Shown here piece after piece: positions 44,536 to 54,394 of a DNA stretch of 58,647 bases. The DNA is from a virus (Duplodnaviria; Caudoviricetes), in the IMG/VR virus record IMGVR_UViG_3300034012_002112, positions 1 through 58,647 of that record; one strand, written 5' to 3'. A model generated the notes under the pieces. The model did not search any database, was not told where the DNA came from, and saw only the letters and a program-made list of their open reading frames with translations. How positions within the stretch are numbered: position 1 is the first letter of the stretch; every line of letters starts with the position of its first letter. A program made the position numbers and the translations under genes.

Positions 44536-46641
44536 ATGGCGATCTCTCAAGCCGATTTTTACGCCTTCAGCCAAGCCACTGGTTCCCCAGTACCTGAAGA
44601 TCCGGAATCCAGGGCCAGGATTGCGCCTCAAGTCATGGAGTGGCGGCGGAATCAGCTAAAGCAAACCCAAAATCAGAGCGAAGGCCCCAATCTTCTGCAG
44701 ACCGCTGGTGGTTTGTTGACCGCAGCCGGCGTTGGAACCCTGGCATTCCTGGGAGCCCGTGCATTAGCTCGTGGTCGTGGCGTGCAGCCCGTCAATGTGG
44801 CGGTCCAGGAGGAGGCAGTGAGGCGTGCAGCCCAGCCGGTGCCGCAGCTCAGGGGGGTCACCAAGCAGTCCGGAGCCCCTATCGCGCGGCCGCCCATTCC
44901 CCGGCCTCCCACCCAACCTCAACCTGCAGCAGCACCGCCTCTTGGTGAACGTAATCTGACCGGTGGGAGTGTATTTGGTTACTTGCCGTCTGTAGAAGAG
45001 GAATTTTCGGCGTATCGCCCGGATCCTAAGGAAATGTTAACGCGTCAAGTGGCAGATGCCCGGCGTCAGGCGGCAACTGAAGGTTTATTGCGTGCAGCAG
45101 AGGTTCGTCGCGGCACATTCCAGCCTGAACTCCCTGGTGTCAAGGCAACTTTGATGGAATTGCGTGCACCTGCCGCAGTTTCAGCAGAAGAAGCTGGTGA
45201 ATTGGTGGCACAGGCGGAATCTCGGCCTTTATCTGCGGCACCTGCACAAACAAACCTGTTTAAGTACGTCAAACAGGCAGCAGAACCAGAAGGTGACGCC
45301 GTTGATCGGTTACTGACTGAATACAACCAACTTGTGGAGCGGCAAACACGAGCAGATCAGCGTGTTCGCTCGTCAGTGCGTGAATATCAAATGGAATTGC
45401 AGGGCAAAGCTTTGCGCATCATGGATGAACTCCGTGGTGACTCCCTTGTTGAAGCACAGCAGGTCAAACGTCCGTTCAACGTTGATCAAGCAATCAATGC
45501 TTTGGATTCAGGCGAAGATCAAGCCACTGGCCGCGTACGGCAACAGCTTCAGCGCAACGAAGACATCAACCTTGGCGCCATTGATCAATTAGAAGATCAA
45601 ACCAACAATATTGATGTTGCAGCATCATTAACACCCGACGGCATTCCCGTTGATCAGGCTGAATCTGGCGGGCGCATCAACCAACTTGTCGAGCAAGGCA
45701 AACGCTATTTGCGTGCACAGGAAGTTGATCTTGGTTACGACTACGGCCCTGAGAACCGCGCCCAGGCTGCTCAAGTTAATCAACGTATTGCCCGCGCACT
45801 TGAGCTTAAGAACACGGCAGAGGAGATCATCCGTCAAGAACGTGGTGAACTCAACCCAATTGATGTAGCACGTACCCGCAGTTCCGATGAACGCCGCCGT
45901 CTTGCCGCCCAAGGATTTGCTGGTGAGAAGCTAGAGCAGCAACTGCTGGAGAACATGCGGGCAAACTTCCCAGAAGGCAGGGAAGTGATGGCACCTCTGC
46001 AGGAAGAAACTCGTCGCATTGAGCGAGTGGGCATGCCCAGTGCTCTTTCAGTTGTGGAAAATGTTGGTTCTGTAGCACCCCTCAAACAGGGCGAAGAACG
46101 CATTGGAAAGCCTGCTTCTCAACAAGCTGGGTATGAAGGTGGCATTCGTGGCATGGGCCGCGTTACCCGTGAAGATCTAGAAGAAAGTTCAAAAACAATT
46201 TTTCCTGAACCCGTTATCCCACTAAGGCAAACACAACAATATGTACGCACCCCTCGTGCAGGTGGCATGGGCGTCTATGGTTTTGAGTCTGCATTCGCTC
46301 CTGGTGCTATCCGCAAGCTAGGTCAGTTTGGCGAATCTGAATATGGGGAAGTTGGCTACGAATATTCTCCAGCTGCACAACGTCGCCCAACGCAAACAGC
46401 AGCTGAAGCAGAAGGTAAAATTGCTTTAGAAGATCTGCCTAATCCTTATTCCAAACTTTCGGATGAGCAACTGGGCGAGTTGACCATGTACGGCAGCGAA
46501 GAAGATAAGTACAATGCCCAACAACAACTTCAACGACGTGCGTCGGCAGATGTGTCAACTAGATTGCGGACGCTACAATTATCAAATGAGCCTGGTGCCG
46601 CAGAAAATTTCCTCACTCGTTTTAAACAAGGTTTGATCTGA
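44536..46641 (+). CDS. large Q/E/A-rich protein, probable internal virion/ejection protein
   Basis: 701 aa, helical, first gene of the rightward late block. Confidence 0.7.
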   Translation: MAISQADFYAFSQATGSPVPEDPESRARIAPQVMEWRRNQLKQTQNQSEGPNLLQTAGGLLTAAGVGTLAFLGARALARGRGVQPVNVAVQEEAVRRAAQPVPQLRGVTKQSGAPIARPPIPRPPTQPQPAAAPPLGERNLTGGSVFGYLPSVEEEFSAYRPDPKEMLTRQVADARRQAATEGLLRAAEVRRGTFQPELPGVKATLMELRAPAAVSAEEAGELVAQAESRPLSAAPAQTNLFKYVKQAAEPEGDAVDRLLTEYNQLVERQTRADQRVRSSVREYQMELQGKALRIMDELRGDSLVEAQQVKRPFNVDQAINALDSGEDQATGRVRQQLQRNEDINLGAIDQLEDQTNNIDVAASLTPDGIPVDQAESGGRINQLVEQGKRYLRAQEVDLGYDYGPENRAQAAQVNQRIARALELKNTAEEIIRQERGELNPIDVARTRSSDERRRLAAQGFAGEKLEQQLLENMRANFPEGREVMAPLQEETRRIERVGMPSALSVVENVGSVAPLKQGEERIGKPASQQAGYEGGIRGMGRVTREDLEESSKTIFPEPVIPLRQTQQYVRTPRAGGMGVYGFESAFAPGAIRKLGQFGESEYGEVGYEYSPAAQRRPTQTAAEAEGKIALEDLPNPYSKLSDEQLGELTMYGSEEDKYNAQQQLQRRASADVSTRLRTLQLSNEPGAAENFLTRFKQGLI

Positions 46642-46871
46642 TGGCTGAAGAAAAAAAGAAAAAAGAAAAGAAGTGGATTCAAGGCATGGAGATGAAGGAA
46701 GGCGCCTTCACTGCCAAAGCCAAACGCAAAGGGATTAGCTCTGCTCAACTTCAAGAGAACGTACTTTCTAACCCAGAAAAGTACGATGAGAAAACGGTGA
46801 AGCAGGCAAACCTCCGCAAGACGCTGGTAGGATTACACAAGAAGAAAAAAGAAAGTAAGGCTGAGGGTTAA
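46641..46871 (+). CDS. small basic protein
   Basis: KWIQG...KEGAFTAKAKRKG...ANLRKTL. Confidence 0.75.
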   Translation: MAEEKKKKEKKWIQGMEMKEGAFTAKAKRKGISSAQLQENVLSNPEKYDEKTVKQANLRKTLVGLHKKKKESKAEG

Positions 46872-47515
46872 TGGCTAAAGACCACCGGCTTGATCTTGGT
46901 CGTTACGTTACGAACCCGTTTAACAATCAAGGTCAAATTCGCAAGAATTTAGATTTTGATACACTGTTTCGGGCCAAACCTGATACAGGTGAATACCCCT
47001 GGAACCCTTCACGCTTTACTGAAGGCGACCTCCTAAAGCGCATGATGACGCGCAAAAGGAATCTGAACCCTAGCCTCAACTTTGTTTCAAACTCACCTTT
47101 CTTTGACGACAACGCCGAAGTCAATCCTCAGTATGAGTTGTTTGAAGGCCTGGGACGCTTTAACCGTCCGGTTGATTATGACTTTAACGAAGGGAGGGCG
47201 GTAACACCTCAGCGCCCTCAAGATCAACCCGACTTTAATCCAGTGTGGGTTGAGGCATATCGTTTGAGCCCAACGGTAAAACCGGATAAGGCGGCAAAGA
47301 ATCCAATGCCACGCATGAAGAACCCAGATCCCAATGGTTATCTGATGGCGGTGGCGGAGAATCGTGTGGACAATGAAATGGAAGGGAAGATGTCAATCGC
47401 GCAGCTTCTTGATCGGAAGGGGGTAATGAAACCGATGGAGGTCAAGAAGGAAGAAAAAGTGGGAGAAGAAGAAGCGGCAACAGAAGCACAGCAACCTCCA
47501 AGCCCACAAAAATAA
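46871..47515 (+). CDS. hypothetical protein
   Basis: 214 aa, TAATG coupling. Confidence 0.75.
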   Translation: MAKDHRLDLGRYVTNPFNNQGQIRKNLDFDTLFRAKPDTGEYPWNPSRFTEGDLLKRMMTRKRNLNPSLNFVSNSPFFDDNAEVNPQYELFEGLGRFNRPVDYDFNEGRAVTPQRPQDQPDFNPVWVEAYRLSPTVKPDKAAKNPMPRMKNPDPNGYLMAVAENRVDNEMEGKMSIAQLLDRKGVMKPMEVKKEEKVGEEEAATEAQQPPSPQK

Positions 47516-47548
47516 CCGCAATATAATAATTAAAAGGGCGCCAATACA

Positions 47549-48172
47549 ATGGTTAAACTTGCGGGCCAAGCACTTCAACGAATCCTTGGTTCTCGCATGG
47601 GCCAGGCCATGATGGCTCCTGCAACCAAAGAAGTTGCAAAAGCTTCTGTACCAGGGGCCGTCCTTGGCGGGGGCTTCACACTGATGGCTGGTGGCGGGAT
47701 GCCAGCAGCATTGGCAACCGGTGCTTTGGATATGGGCCTTTCAACTGCCGCTGGTCGATTGGCAGGCAAAGTAACACCTCAAGCTTTATCTAAAGTTACG
47801 GGCCAACGTGCCGCTAATTTTCTTGCTGGCTCTAAACCAGGTGAGCTTTCAACCTTGCAGCATATTGCCATGGGCGGCGGCAGCGTTGGGGCTGCAATAT
47901 TAACTCACCCTCTGTATGCGGGTGCACAGATTGCAAACCTATCTCAACAAGAACTTCAACAGTTGATGGCAGAGCCTGTTGTCATGGATCAAACGGCTAC
48001 TGCTGAGCAACAACTATTACAACGTGATTTGATCAATAAACTTCAAGGCGAGGCACTATCCCCTGGAACCATGTTCCAGATGCAGGGGATTGAATCAACG
48101 CTTGGTCGCAGTACCATGGGCGATCAAAGCTTGGATCCCTACGGCATTATGCGTGGGGGTGCGCTGCGATGA
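47549..48172 (+). CDS. Gly/Ala-rich probable ejection protein
   Basis: Hydrophobic Gly-zipper segments. Confidence 0.7.
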   Translation: MVKLAGQALQRILGSRMGQAMMAPATKEVAKASVPGAVLGGGFTLMAGGGMPAALATGALDMGLSTAAGRLAGKVTPQALSKVTGQRAANFLAGSKPGELSTLQHIAMGGGSVGAAILTHPLYAGAQIANLSQQELQQLMAEPVVMDQTATAEQQLLQRDLINKLQGEALSPGTMFQMQGIESTLGRSTMGDQSLDPYGIMRGGALR

Positions 48173-49089
48173 ATTTCCAAATCAAAAATATTTTAGAAGA
48201 TATCAAAACCGGTGCTCGTAAAGCAGATATTGCACAGGCCACCAATCAACTTAACCTTGAGGGTGGTCTTGGTTACGGCCAAAGCATCTTAGATCCGCGC
48301 TTTAAAAAAGCTGTTGCAGGCCAAGGTGTTTCTTTAAAAGAAACTCCGGCTCAGTTTTTGGGTGCTTATGCATCACGTTTGATTGTTGATGCGGCAAACG
48401 ACGGCACCCGTACATATTGGTGGCGTTATAACCATCCGCTTGCTGTAGCTCAGAAGGGTGTGGAGGCAGGAGTTAAGGGAATTGAATCTCCAACGGGACG
48501 AGCTGCTGCTGCATTGGCTGTTGCTGCTCCAGCCATCTCTGCCGCTGGTACTTACAACATTTTGAATCCTGGTCAACTGTTTAGACCGACTGGTTATGCC
48601 CAGACTTATTCAGAGACGGGATCGGAAGATCGCCGTGAAACATCTCAGCCTGCGCAAGAATTAGTTGAACGCTTCTTCATGGGACGCACTGGCGAACCTC
48701 TGAAGTACGAGACAGCAAAACAAGATATTCCTACACTCACGCCACAAAGGTACGCTAACTATCAAAACTTCTTGTACAACGAACGTGGTTTGTTGAATCT
48801 AGGTATTGTTAAAGCAACCTCTGAAAATCTTCAAGGGTATCCAGAAGCAAGGATGTTGGGTTTCCCTGTTACCATTCCAATGGTGGGTGGCTTTGCGGCA
48901 GGTTCGATTGCGGCATCTAAAGCGGTTGCTTCTGCTAGTAACCCACGTCAACGCGCTATTCGTGGCGTACTTGGCGGCCTTGCTGGTTCTACCGCTGGCG
49001 TTACCGCTGGTAACTTAATTAACGAAGTTATCGCAACAGCAAATCGTCCTAAACTCGAAGAGTTAGGGAATTATCAGCAAGGTATGTAG
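48169..49089 (+). CDS. probable ejection/membrane protein
   Basis: 306 aa; C-terminal Gly-zipper helices. Confidence 0.7.
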   Translation: MNFQIKNILEDIKTGARKADIAQATNQLNLEGGLGYGQSILDPRFKKAVAGQGVSLKETPAQFLGAYASRLIVDAANDGTRTYWWRYNHPLAVAQKGVEAGVKGIESPTGRAAAALAVAAPAISAAGTYNILNPGQLFRPTGYAQTYSETGSEDRRETSQPAQELVERFFMGRTGEPLKYETAKQDIPTLTPQRYANYQNFLYNERGLLNLGIVKATSENLQGYPEARMLGFPVTIPMVGGFAAGSIAASKAVASASNPRQRAIRGVLGGLAGSTAGVTAGNLINEVIATANRPKLEELGNYQQGM

Positions 49090-49133
49090 GCTGATAAAAT
49101 TAAAACATCTAGAAACATAAGCTGCTTTTAAAT

Positions 49134-49976
49134 ATGGCTTACGTCGGTTACCCAGCTGGGTCCAGCCAAGCGCCTCAGTCGGGTATGCCCGGCGGTGCCT
49201 TAGTTCCTTCCAGCACCGGCCCTCTGACCTCTGGTCTTGGTGCCCCAGGTTCTGGTCAAGAAGATCCTCGTTTCTTCCAAGAACTTCTCAACAAACTCAA
49301 AGGTGCTGGTGCGGCTGTAGCCCCGGCACTCGGTGCGGTGGGAAAGTACGGCGCGGCAACTGCACCCGGTGTGCAGAGCATGCTCGGTGGTGATGTTCTT
49401 GGTGGCGCCGCTCAAGTTGCCGCTGGTGCTGGCGTAACCCGTGCCGCTGCTCCTGTTGGTGCTGCAGTCACCCGTGGTGCCGCTGCCGCTCTCCCTGGTC
49501 CTCTTAAGGCCGCTGCTCCTTTCATCGGTGGTGCAACCCAAGCTCTGGCCGGTACGCTCGCTAGCGCTGGTGTTGGTGCTGGTATCGGCGCTGCTAAGGC
49601 TGCTGTCGGTAACATTCCTTCCGCCCAACGTGAAGCTGGTCAAACCCCTGGCGCCATCCCTGGCACTTCCGCTGGTGGCGTGGGCCTCAGCAACCTGACC
49701 GGTGAGCAAAAACAAATTGCTGAGCTGATGCGCCTCTCTGGTGTGGACATTCCTGTTCAGCAGGCTGCTGCTCTGATGCCGTATGCCAACCAGATGAAGA
49801 ACGCTGACATGCAGCGTCAAATGCAGCTGAACCAACAACTCGGTCAACTGACTGGTGCTCTGAACCGTCAGCAGTACGCCTTCCAGCTTGCTGGTGGTTC
49901 CCAAGCCCAGGCTGGTGAGAACCTGCGGACCATGATGACCAGCAACCCCTACGCATCTTCTACCTTCCGGTATTGA
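49134..49976 (+). CDS. Gly/Ala-rich pilot-like protein
   Basis: A/G-rich core, Q-rich C-terminus; strongly biased codons. Confidence 0.75.
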   Translation: MAYVGYPAGSSQAPQSGMPGGALVPSSTGPLTSGLGAPGSGQEDPRFFQELLNKLKGAGAAVAPALGAVGKYGAATAPGVQSMLGGDVLGGAAQVAAGAGVTRAAAPVGAAVTRGAAAALPGPLKAAAPFIGGATQALAGTLASAGVGAGIGAAKAAVGNIPSAQREAGQTPGAIPGTSAGGVGLSNLTGEQKQIAELMRLSGVDIPVQQAAALMPYANQMKNADMQRQMQLNQQLGQLTGALNRQQYAFQLAGGSQAQAGENLRTMMTSNPYASSTFRY

Positions 49977-49979
49977 TTC

Positions 49980-50513
49980 ATGGCATCCACCTTTGATACC
50001 TCCAAACTGCAAGGCCGTTTTCCAGGTATGGCCTTGGCGGGTCAGCAGGGCTTTGGCTCGACTGACGGGGATCTCTTCGGTGGATTCCTGCAGGGCTATC
50101 AGTCATTAAAAGATCAGATCAAAAATTTCACTCCTGACGAACAGAAGGAAATCTTGAAGGGTTACATGACGGGTATGCCGTCAGCATCTGACAAGTTGGT
50201 ACAAGGTATTGTTGAGCAACAACGTTATCAAAGCTCAATTCCTTATCAACAGGAGATGCTTGAATTAGCGGATAAATATCAAACGCGTAAGGGATGGAAG
50301 GGGGCAATGTTTAACACCCTGAGCAGTGGCATTGAGAACCTGACTAAAGGTATCGCAATGTCCATGAATCCTTATGGCACGCCAGAAGCTGCACAGTATG
50401 CAGCTAACATGACGGCAGCAATGCCTGAGTTAGCTGGCCGTGCTTATCAAGCCTTCCGTACTCCTTACGCCATCCCTGCAGTTAATCCTCCGGGCGCAGC
50501 AACATATTTCTGA
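49980..50513 (+). CDS. hypothetical virion protein
   Basis: 177 aa. Confidence 0.7.
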   Translation: MASTFDTSKLQGRFPGMALAGQQGFGSTDGDLFGGFLQGYQSLKDQIKNFTPDEQKEILKGYMTGMPSASDKLVQGIVEQQRYQSSIPYQQEMLELADKYQTRKGWKGAMFNTLSSGIENLTKGIAMSMNPYGTPEAAQYAANMTAAMPELAGRAYQAFRTPYAIPAVNPPGAATYF

Positions 50514-50542
50514 TCTAAAATAAATGAAAGGTCTTCATATCC

Positions 50543-51313
50543 ATGGGTCTATTTGATCAAGTATATGGAGCAGGCGCTCTTGATAAAGTTGCCAACAGTG
50601 GTTTAAACGCAGTTTCTAAAACAGCAGGCGGTGGCGGTATGGCCTTTGATTGGGGTACTTTCGGAGGTTTTGGTTTAGGTGCTATCGGCAATGTGGTCGG
50701 TGGTATCTTCCAAGGGCAGGCCATGCGGGCTGCTGCTCAAACCCAAGCCAATGCCGCTAACAACGCTGCTTTAGCCGGTTTGATGGGCCAGTCGATGGCC
50801 ATGTCACAAAACCGCCTGGATCGCGGTTACCGGCAGATTGCAGACCTGCAAAACATCAAGGCTGCTCAAGACGCACGTACTGATAATTACGTTTACGGCA
50901 TGAATGCTTTCCTGGTCAAGAACCAGGGGGATCTTCAGAATCGTGCCGTACAACAAGCAGGCGAAATGCGCAACATGCTTGCCGGCAAGTCCATGGATGC
51001 GTTGAACTCTGTTATCGATACCAGCAATCAATTCCGCATGGCAGACAATCAATTTGCCTTAGGTAGCCTGGGCCGCACACAAGAGCAACAACTTCAAGAA
51101 CGCGCCGGTAAATTTCGTGCACTCTTTGAGCGCCCCATGGAAACGGCTGAAGAAGGTTATCGTCAACGTCAAGCCCTTGGTATCGCGCTGTCTCCAGAAG
51201 CACGTCAGGTATCGCAACGGGAACGCAAAGGTCGCATCGAAGAAGCTGTCGCAATTCAACGTGGTGTTATGGATAAAATGTTCGGCAACTACACCCCGAC
51301 TTTCTACGGGTAA
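50543..51313 (+). CDS. DNA pilot/ejection-like protein
   Basis: GGFGLGAIGNVVGGIF...AAAQTQANAAN then Q-rich coil. Confidence 0.7.
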   Translation: MGLFDQVYGAGALDKVANSGLNAVSKTAGGGGMAFDWGTFGGFGLGAIGNVVGGIFQGQAMRAAAQTQANAANNAALAGLMGQSMAMSQNRLDRGYRQIADLQNIKAAQDARTDNYVYGMNAFLVKNQGDLQNRAVQQAGEMRNMLAGKSMDALNSVIDTSNQFRMADNQFALGSLGRTQEQQLQERAGKFRALFERPMETAEEGYRQRQALGIALSPEARQVSQRERKGRIEEAVAIQRGVMDKMFGNYTPTFYG

Positions 51314-51354
51314 TAAGCAAGTTAGAATGTAACTAATATTGAGGAACAAATCAG

Positions 51355-52485
51355 ATGGGTGGAGGCGCTCCTAGGGATAACTCAGCTGAAGTTGCACGGG
51401 AGCAACGTCGCATCCGTGAAGAAGAACTGAAGTTCGAAGAAAAAGAAGCTCTTCGAAATCAAGATTATCGCAATCAAATGCTGGGTCTTGAAACCACAGC
51501 AAATGATCGCCGGTATCAATTAGATCTCAAAGCAGATGCACGGGCAGATTCTGCCCAGGCATTTAACCAAGATTTCTCAAATCGTCAGATTGCGTATCAA
51601 ACGCAACGTGATGCTCAGCTTTACGGCCTGCAGCAAACTCAGCTGCAACAGGCGGAAGCAGATCGTGTGTTCTACCGTGAGCGTGCAACACGGGAAGAAC
51701 AACGTATTCTTCAAAAAGAAGAAGCAGCTGCTGCTAAAGAAGCCGCACGTTCGGCGTCTGCTCAAGCTGGGTATGAACCCTTCAAACAATCTATTGAATC
51801 TCAGTTGCGCGGCGGTTTAATCAGCTTCCCGCAAGCTCAAGATTATCTTCGTGATTACACCACGAAGTATGAAATGACCGGCAAGGAAGGAGATGTCGGT
51901 CAGTTTGCTCAGCTCTACCAGAGTGAGATTGCGCCCCAGCGTTTTGGTACTGGCCTGGAAGCCGCCTACGAAGAAATTCTGGGACGCAAGGCATCCGAAG
52001 AAGAGAAAACTGCCGGCCTGGAGCGCTTTAAGGGCGGCTACTACCAAACGGTTACCGACCTTAAGGAATCGCTGTACAAGGGCAGGGAATATCAAGATAA
52101 GTTCAATCGCAGCTATCTTGATTCCTATTACGACACCATGTTCGGCAAGGAGAAAACCGATGCCGAAGGCAAGAAGACTGGCAAACGTACCTTCACGTTT
52201 GATAAGAGTTTACTTCCTACCTACGCAGGTGATCTTAAGGGTGGTACCAAGGTTGAGCTTCCTGCGTTTGGCGAGGGCTTCACTGGAACCCCTGCTGAAA
52301 TTGAGCAGCAACTTCAGAACATTCGTGACTCCCGCCAGTTCCTTTACAGCGCTGGTTTAACCAACCTCCAGGGTGAGATTGATAAAGAAACCCAGAAACT
52401 GAAGAACGAGGGTGCCAAGGAAGTTCAGAAGATTGCTGCCCAGGGTGATATTTACAAATCCCTTGTGGGAGCGTTCAGCTTCTAG
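51355..52485 (+). CDS. coiled-coil virion protein
   Basis: MGGG start; E/Q/R-rich; 376 aa. Confidence 0.75.
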   Translation: MGGGAPRDNSAEVAREQRRIREEELKFEEKEALRNQDYRNQMLGLETTANDRRYQLDLKADARADSAQAFNQDFSNRQIAYQTQRDAQLYGLQQTQLQQAEADRVFYRERATREEQRILQKEEAAAAKEAARSASAQAGYEPFKQSIESQLRGGLISFPQAQDYLRDYTTKYEMTGKEGDVGQFAQLYQSEIAPQRFGTGLEAAYEEILGRKASEEEKTAGLERFKGGYYQTVTDLKESLYKGREYQDKFNRSYLDSYYDTMFGKEKTDAEGKKTGKRTFTFDKSLLPTYAGDLKGGTKVELPAFGEGFTGTPAEIEQQLQNIRDSRQFLYSAGLTNLQGEIDKETQKLKNEGAKEVQKIAAQGDIYKSLVGAFSF

Positions 52486-52527
52486 AAACACATCCCCTAT
52501 AATTAATTTATTGGTTATTGAATAATC

Positions 52528-52695
52528 ATGACTGTTGCAGGCAACACCCAAGACGACTATTTTGATATAACCAAGTTCGAGCAACTACTCAATCGCTTGG
52601 AGTCGTCTAAGCAACGCCAACAACGCCAAAAGAGCGTTGAAGGTCGTCGCGATATCTTTACTACCGGTTTAGCCGGTATGATGAGCAACTTCTGA
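52528..52695 (+). CDS. small protein, tandem paralogue A
   Basis: MTVAGNTQDDYFDITKFEQLLNRLESSKQRQQRQKSVEGRRDIFTTGLAGMMSNF. Confidence 0.85.
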   Translation: MTVAGNTQDDYFDITKFEQLLNRLESSKQRQQRQKSVEGRRDIFTTGLAGMMSNF

Positions 52696-52705
52696 TAATA
52701 GAACA

Positions 52706-52873
52706 ATGACTGTCGCAGGAAACACCAACGACGACTATTTTGATATCAGCAAGTTTGAGCAACTGCTTGAGCGTCTGGAATCATCCAAGCAACGCCAGCA
52801 GCGCCAAAAGAGCGTTGAAGGCCGTCGCGACATTTTTGCTACCGGCCTGGCCGGCATGATGAGCAACTTCTGA
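52706..52873 (+). CDS. small protein, tandem paralogue B
   Basis: MTVAGNTNDDYFDISKFEQLLERLESSKQRQQRQKSVEGRRDIFATGLAGMMSNF. Confidence 0.85.
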   Translation: MTVAGNTNDDYFDISKFEQLLERLESSKQRQQRQKSVEGRRDIFATGLAGMMSNF

Positions 52874-52887
52874 TCTGAGCTGGTAGT

Positions 52888-53136
52888 ATGGCTACTACGG
52901 ATATCACGGATACTTACAACACAGACGACTGGTTTGATATTGACAAATATCGCCAGGCGGCTGGAGTAGCCTACGAATTCTCAAAGAAGAAGATGGAGGA
53001 AACCGGTGCTCAAGAACGAGAAACCATCGGTAAAGGTGCAACAGAACAGCGAACCTCAGCTGAACAGCAGCAGCAGTTCAAGCAAAAGGACGAAGAGCGA
53101 GACTACGGTCAGGCCCAACGAGCTTATCGATATTGA
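52888..53136 (+). CDS. small protein, distant relative of A/B
   Basis: DDWFDIDKY...SKKK. Confidence 0.75.
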   Translation: MATTDITDTYNTDDWFDIDKYRQAAGVAYEFSKKKMEETGAQERETIGKGATEQRTSAEQQQQFKQKDEERDYGQAQRAYRY

Positions 53137-53623
53137 GGTTTTCGACCAGTGGGTCGATAATCTTGATTCTTCTGTTCAAGAATCCTTCTGCTCTTTTGCT
53201 AAGGACAATAATTCGGTGATCGAATGTTTCCTGTATGCCCGATTCCTTGGGTATACGGGGAGCATCGTTGCATGTGATCTTTGGGTCAATCAAAACTACA
53301 AGAAGGCGGACCACCGCAAAACACTCTTGTATGAGATTGAAGAAATGCAAGAGGACATCCGCAAGTTGCGTGATGCTGTTGAGATGGAGGTCGTCAAGCG
53401 CGATGCTGGTGTTGCACGTATTGCCAGCATGCAAAAAGAACTCCGTGGCGCTATTGCTCAGATCGAGCAGTTCACTGCGAGCCGTGATCGAAAGGGCTTG
53501 TTAATGGCTGGTGCTGACCGCGCCATTCGTGAGTTGATGTTTATTTTTAAAGATGATCCAATTGAAGGTCCTCTTCAAGAAGCATCCATGAGTGTGTGGG
53601 CTAGAATGCAACTAGAAGAATAG
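53006..53623 (+). CDS. hypothetical protein, possible small terminase (true start probably later)
   Basis: Helical/coiled-coil, upstream of terL; function from position only. Confidence 0.55.
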   Translation: MLKNEKPSVKVQQNSEPQLNSSSSSSKRTKSETTVRPNELIDIEVFDQWVDNLDSSVQESFCSFAKDNNSVIECFLYARFLGYTGSIVACDLWVNQNYKKADHRKTLLYEIEEMQEDIRKLRDAVEMEVVKRDAGVARIASMQKELRGAIAQIEQFTASRDRKGLLMAGADRAIRELMFIFKDDPIEGPLQEASMSVWARMQLEE

Positions 53624-53663
53624 GGTTACCCCACCTAAAATATTGATTAACAAGTAGAAAACC

Positions 53664-54203
53664 ATGGGCGCTCAAACACAGAACCAAGCTTTAGCCGGTG
53701 GCGCAGCTGCCCGCATGAAAGCAGCCAGTGCTTCTCGCGAAGGTATTCAGCAACGTCGTGCTGCCCTTCGTGGCGCAGAAGGTGGTGAGGAGTCGGCTCC
53801 GGAAGGTATTGCAGAAGCTCTGCAAGCTCGCCGTTCTGGTGGCCCACAAACTGGTCGCGCTTCGATGTTCCCAGGTGAAGCTCCTGGCGCAGTTCCTCCC
53901 GGCTTTGAAGAAGCAACGTATCGCCGTGGTGAAGTGACCCGTGAGCGTGATCGCACTGGTCGTCGGGAAGAAATGTTCCGTCAGTTCCAGGAAGCTGCTG
54001 CTCAGCGTGGCGAAGGTGCTCCTGTTGCTCCTGGTGGTGCTGTAGAGCGTGGCGCTGGCGTGTTTGGTGCAGCCTTTGGTGGTGCAGGTCAAGGCCCCCG
54101 TTCTGGCATTGCTTTTGGCCCTGGCCGCGCGAACCGGATGCCAGATGCTGGTACCCCTGAATATCAACAGTTAGTTGAGCGTATGCGGAGCTTGGGGCGC
54201 TGA
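53664..54203 (+). CDS. R/G/A-rich low-complexity protein
   Basis: 179 aa, biased codons. Confidence 0.7.
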   Translation: MGAQTQNQALAGGAAARMKAASASREGIQQRRAALRGAEGGEESAPEGIAEALQARRSGGPQTGRASMFPGEAPGAVPPGFEEATYRRGEVTRERDRTGRREEMFRQFQEAAAQRGEGAPVAPGGAVERGAGVFGAAFGGAGQGPRSGIAFGPGRANRMPDAGTPEYQQLVERMRSLGR

Positions 54204-54204
54204 T

Positions 54205-54360
54205 ATGGCTAAAGGGAAAATGCCGCCTCAACTTCTTGAGCACTTCAAGAAGAAAGAAGCAAAAAATGAAGACGGGTCCGAAATGTCGGACAAAGAAAAA
54301 CGTCGTGCTGCTTTAGATAAAGCACGCAAGTATCAAGAGCAGAAACGCAGCAAAAGTTAA
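54205..54360 (+). CDS. small basic protein
   Basis: MAKGKMPPQLLEHFKKK... Confidence 0.7.
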   Translation: MAKGKMPPQLLEHFKKKEAKNEDGSEMSDKEKRRAALDKARKYQEQKRSKS

Positions 54361-54394
54361 TCATGTAGGATTCAGATAACTCTGAATTACTACT

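Noticed and set aside
49200-50012. 270-aa minus-strand ORF
   Set aside because: Antisense to a Gly/Ala-rich gene whose codons rarely give reverse-strand stops
52528-52873. Direct repeat read as DGR TR/VR pair or CRISPR
   Set aside because: Differences are mostly synonymous and not adenine-specific; no reverse transcriptase, cas genes or spacers
53647-54243. Two long minus-strand ORFs
   Set aside because: Shadows of the plus-strand low-complexity gene inside a rightward operon
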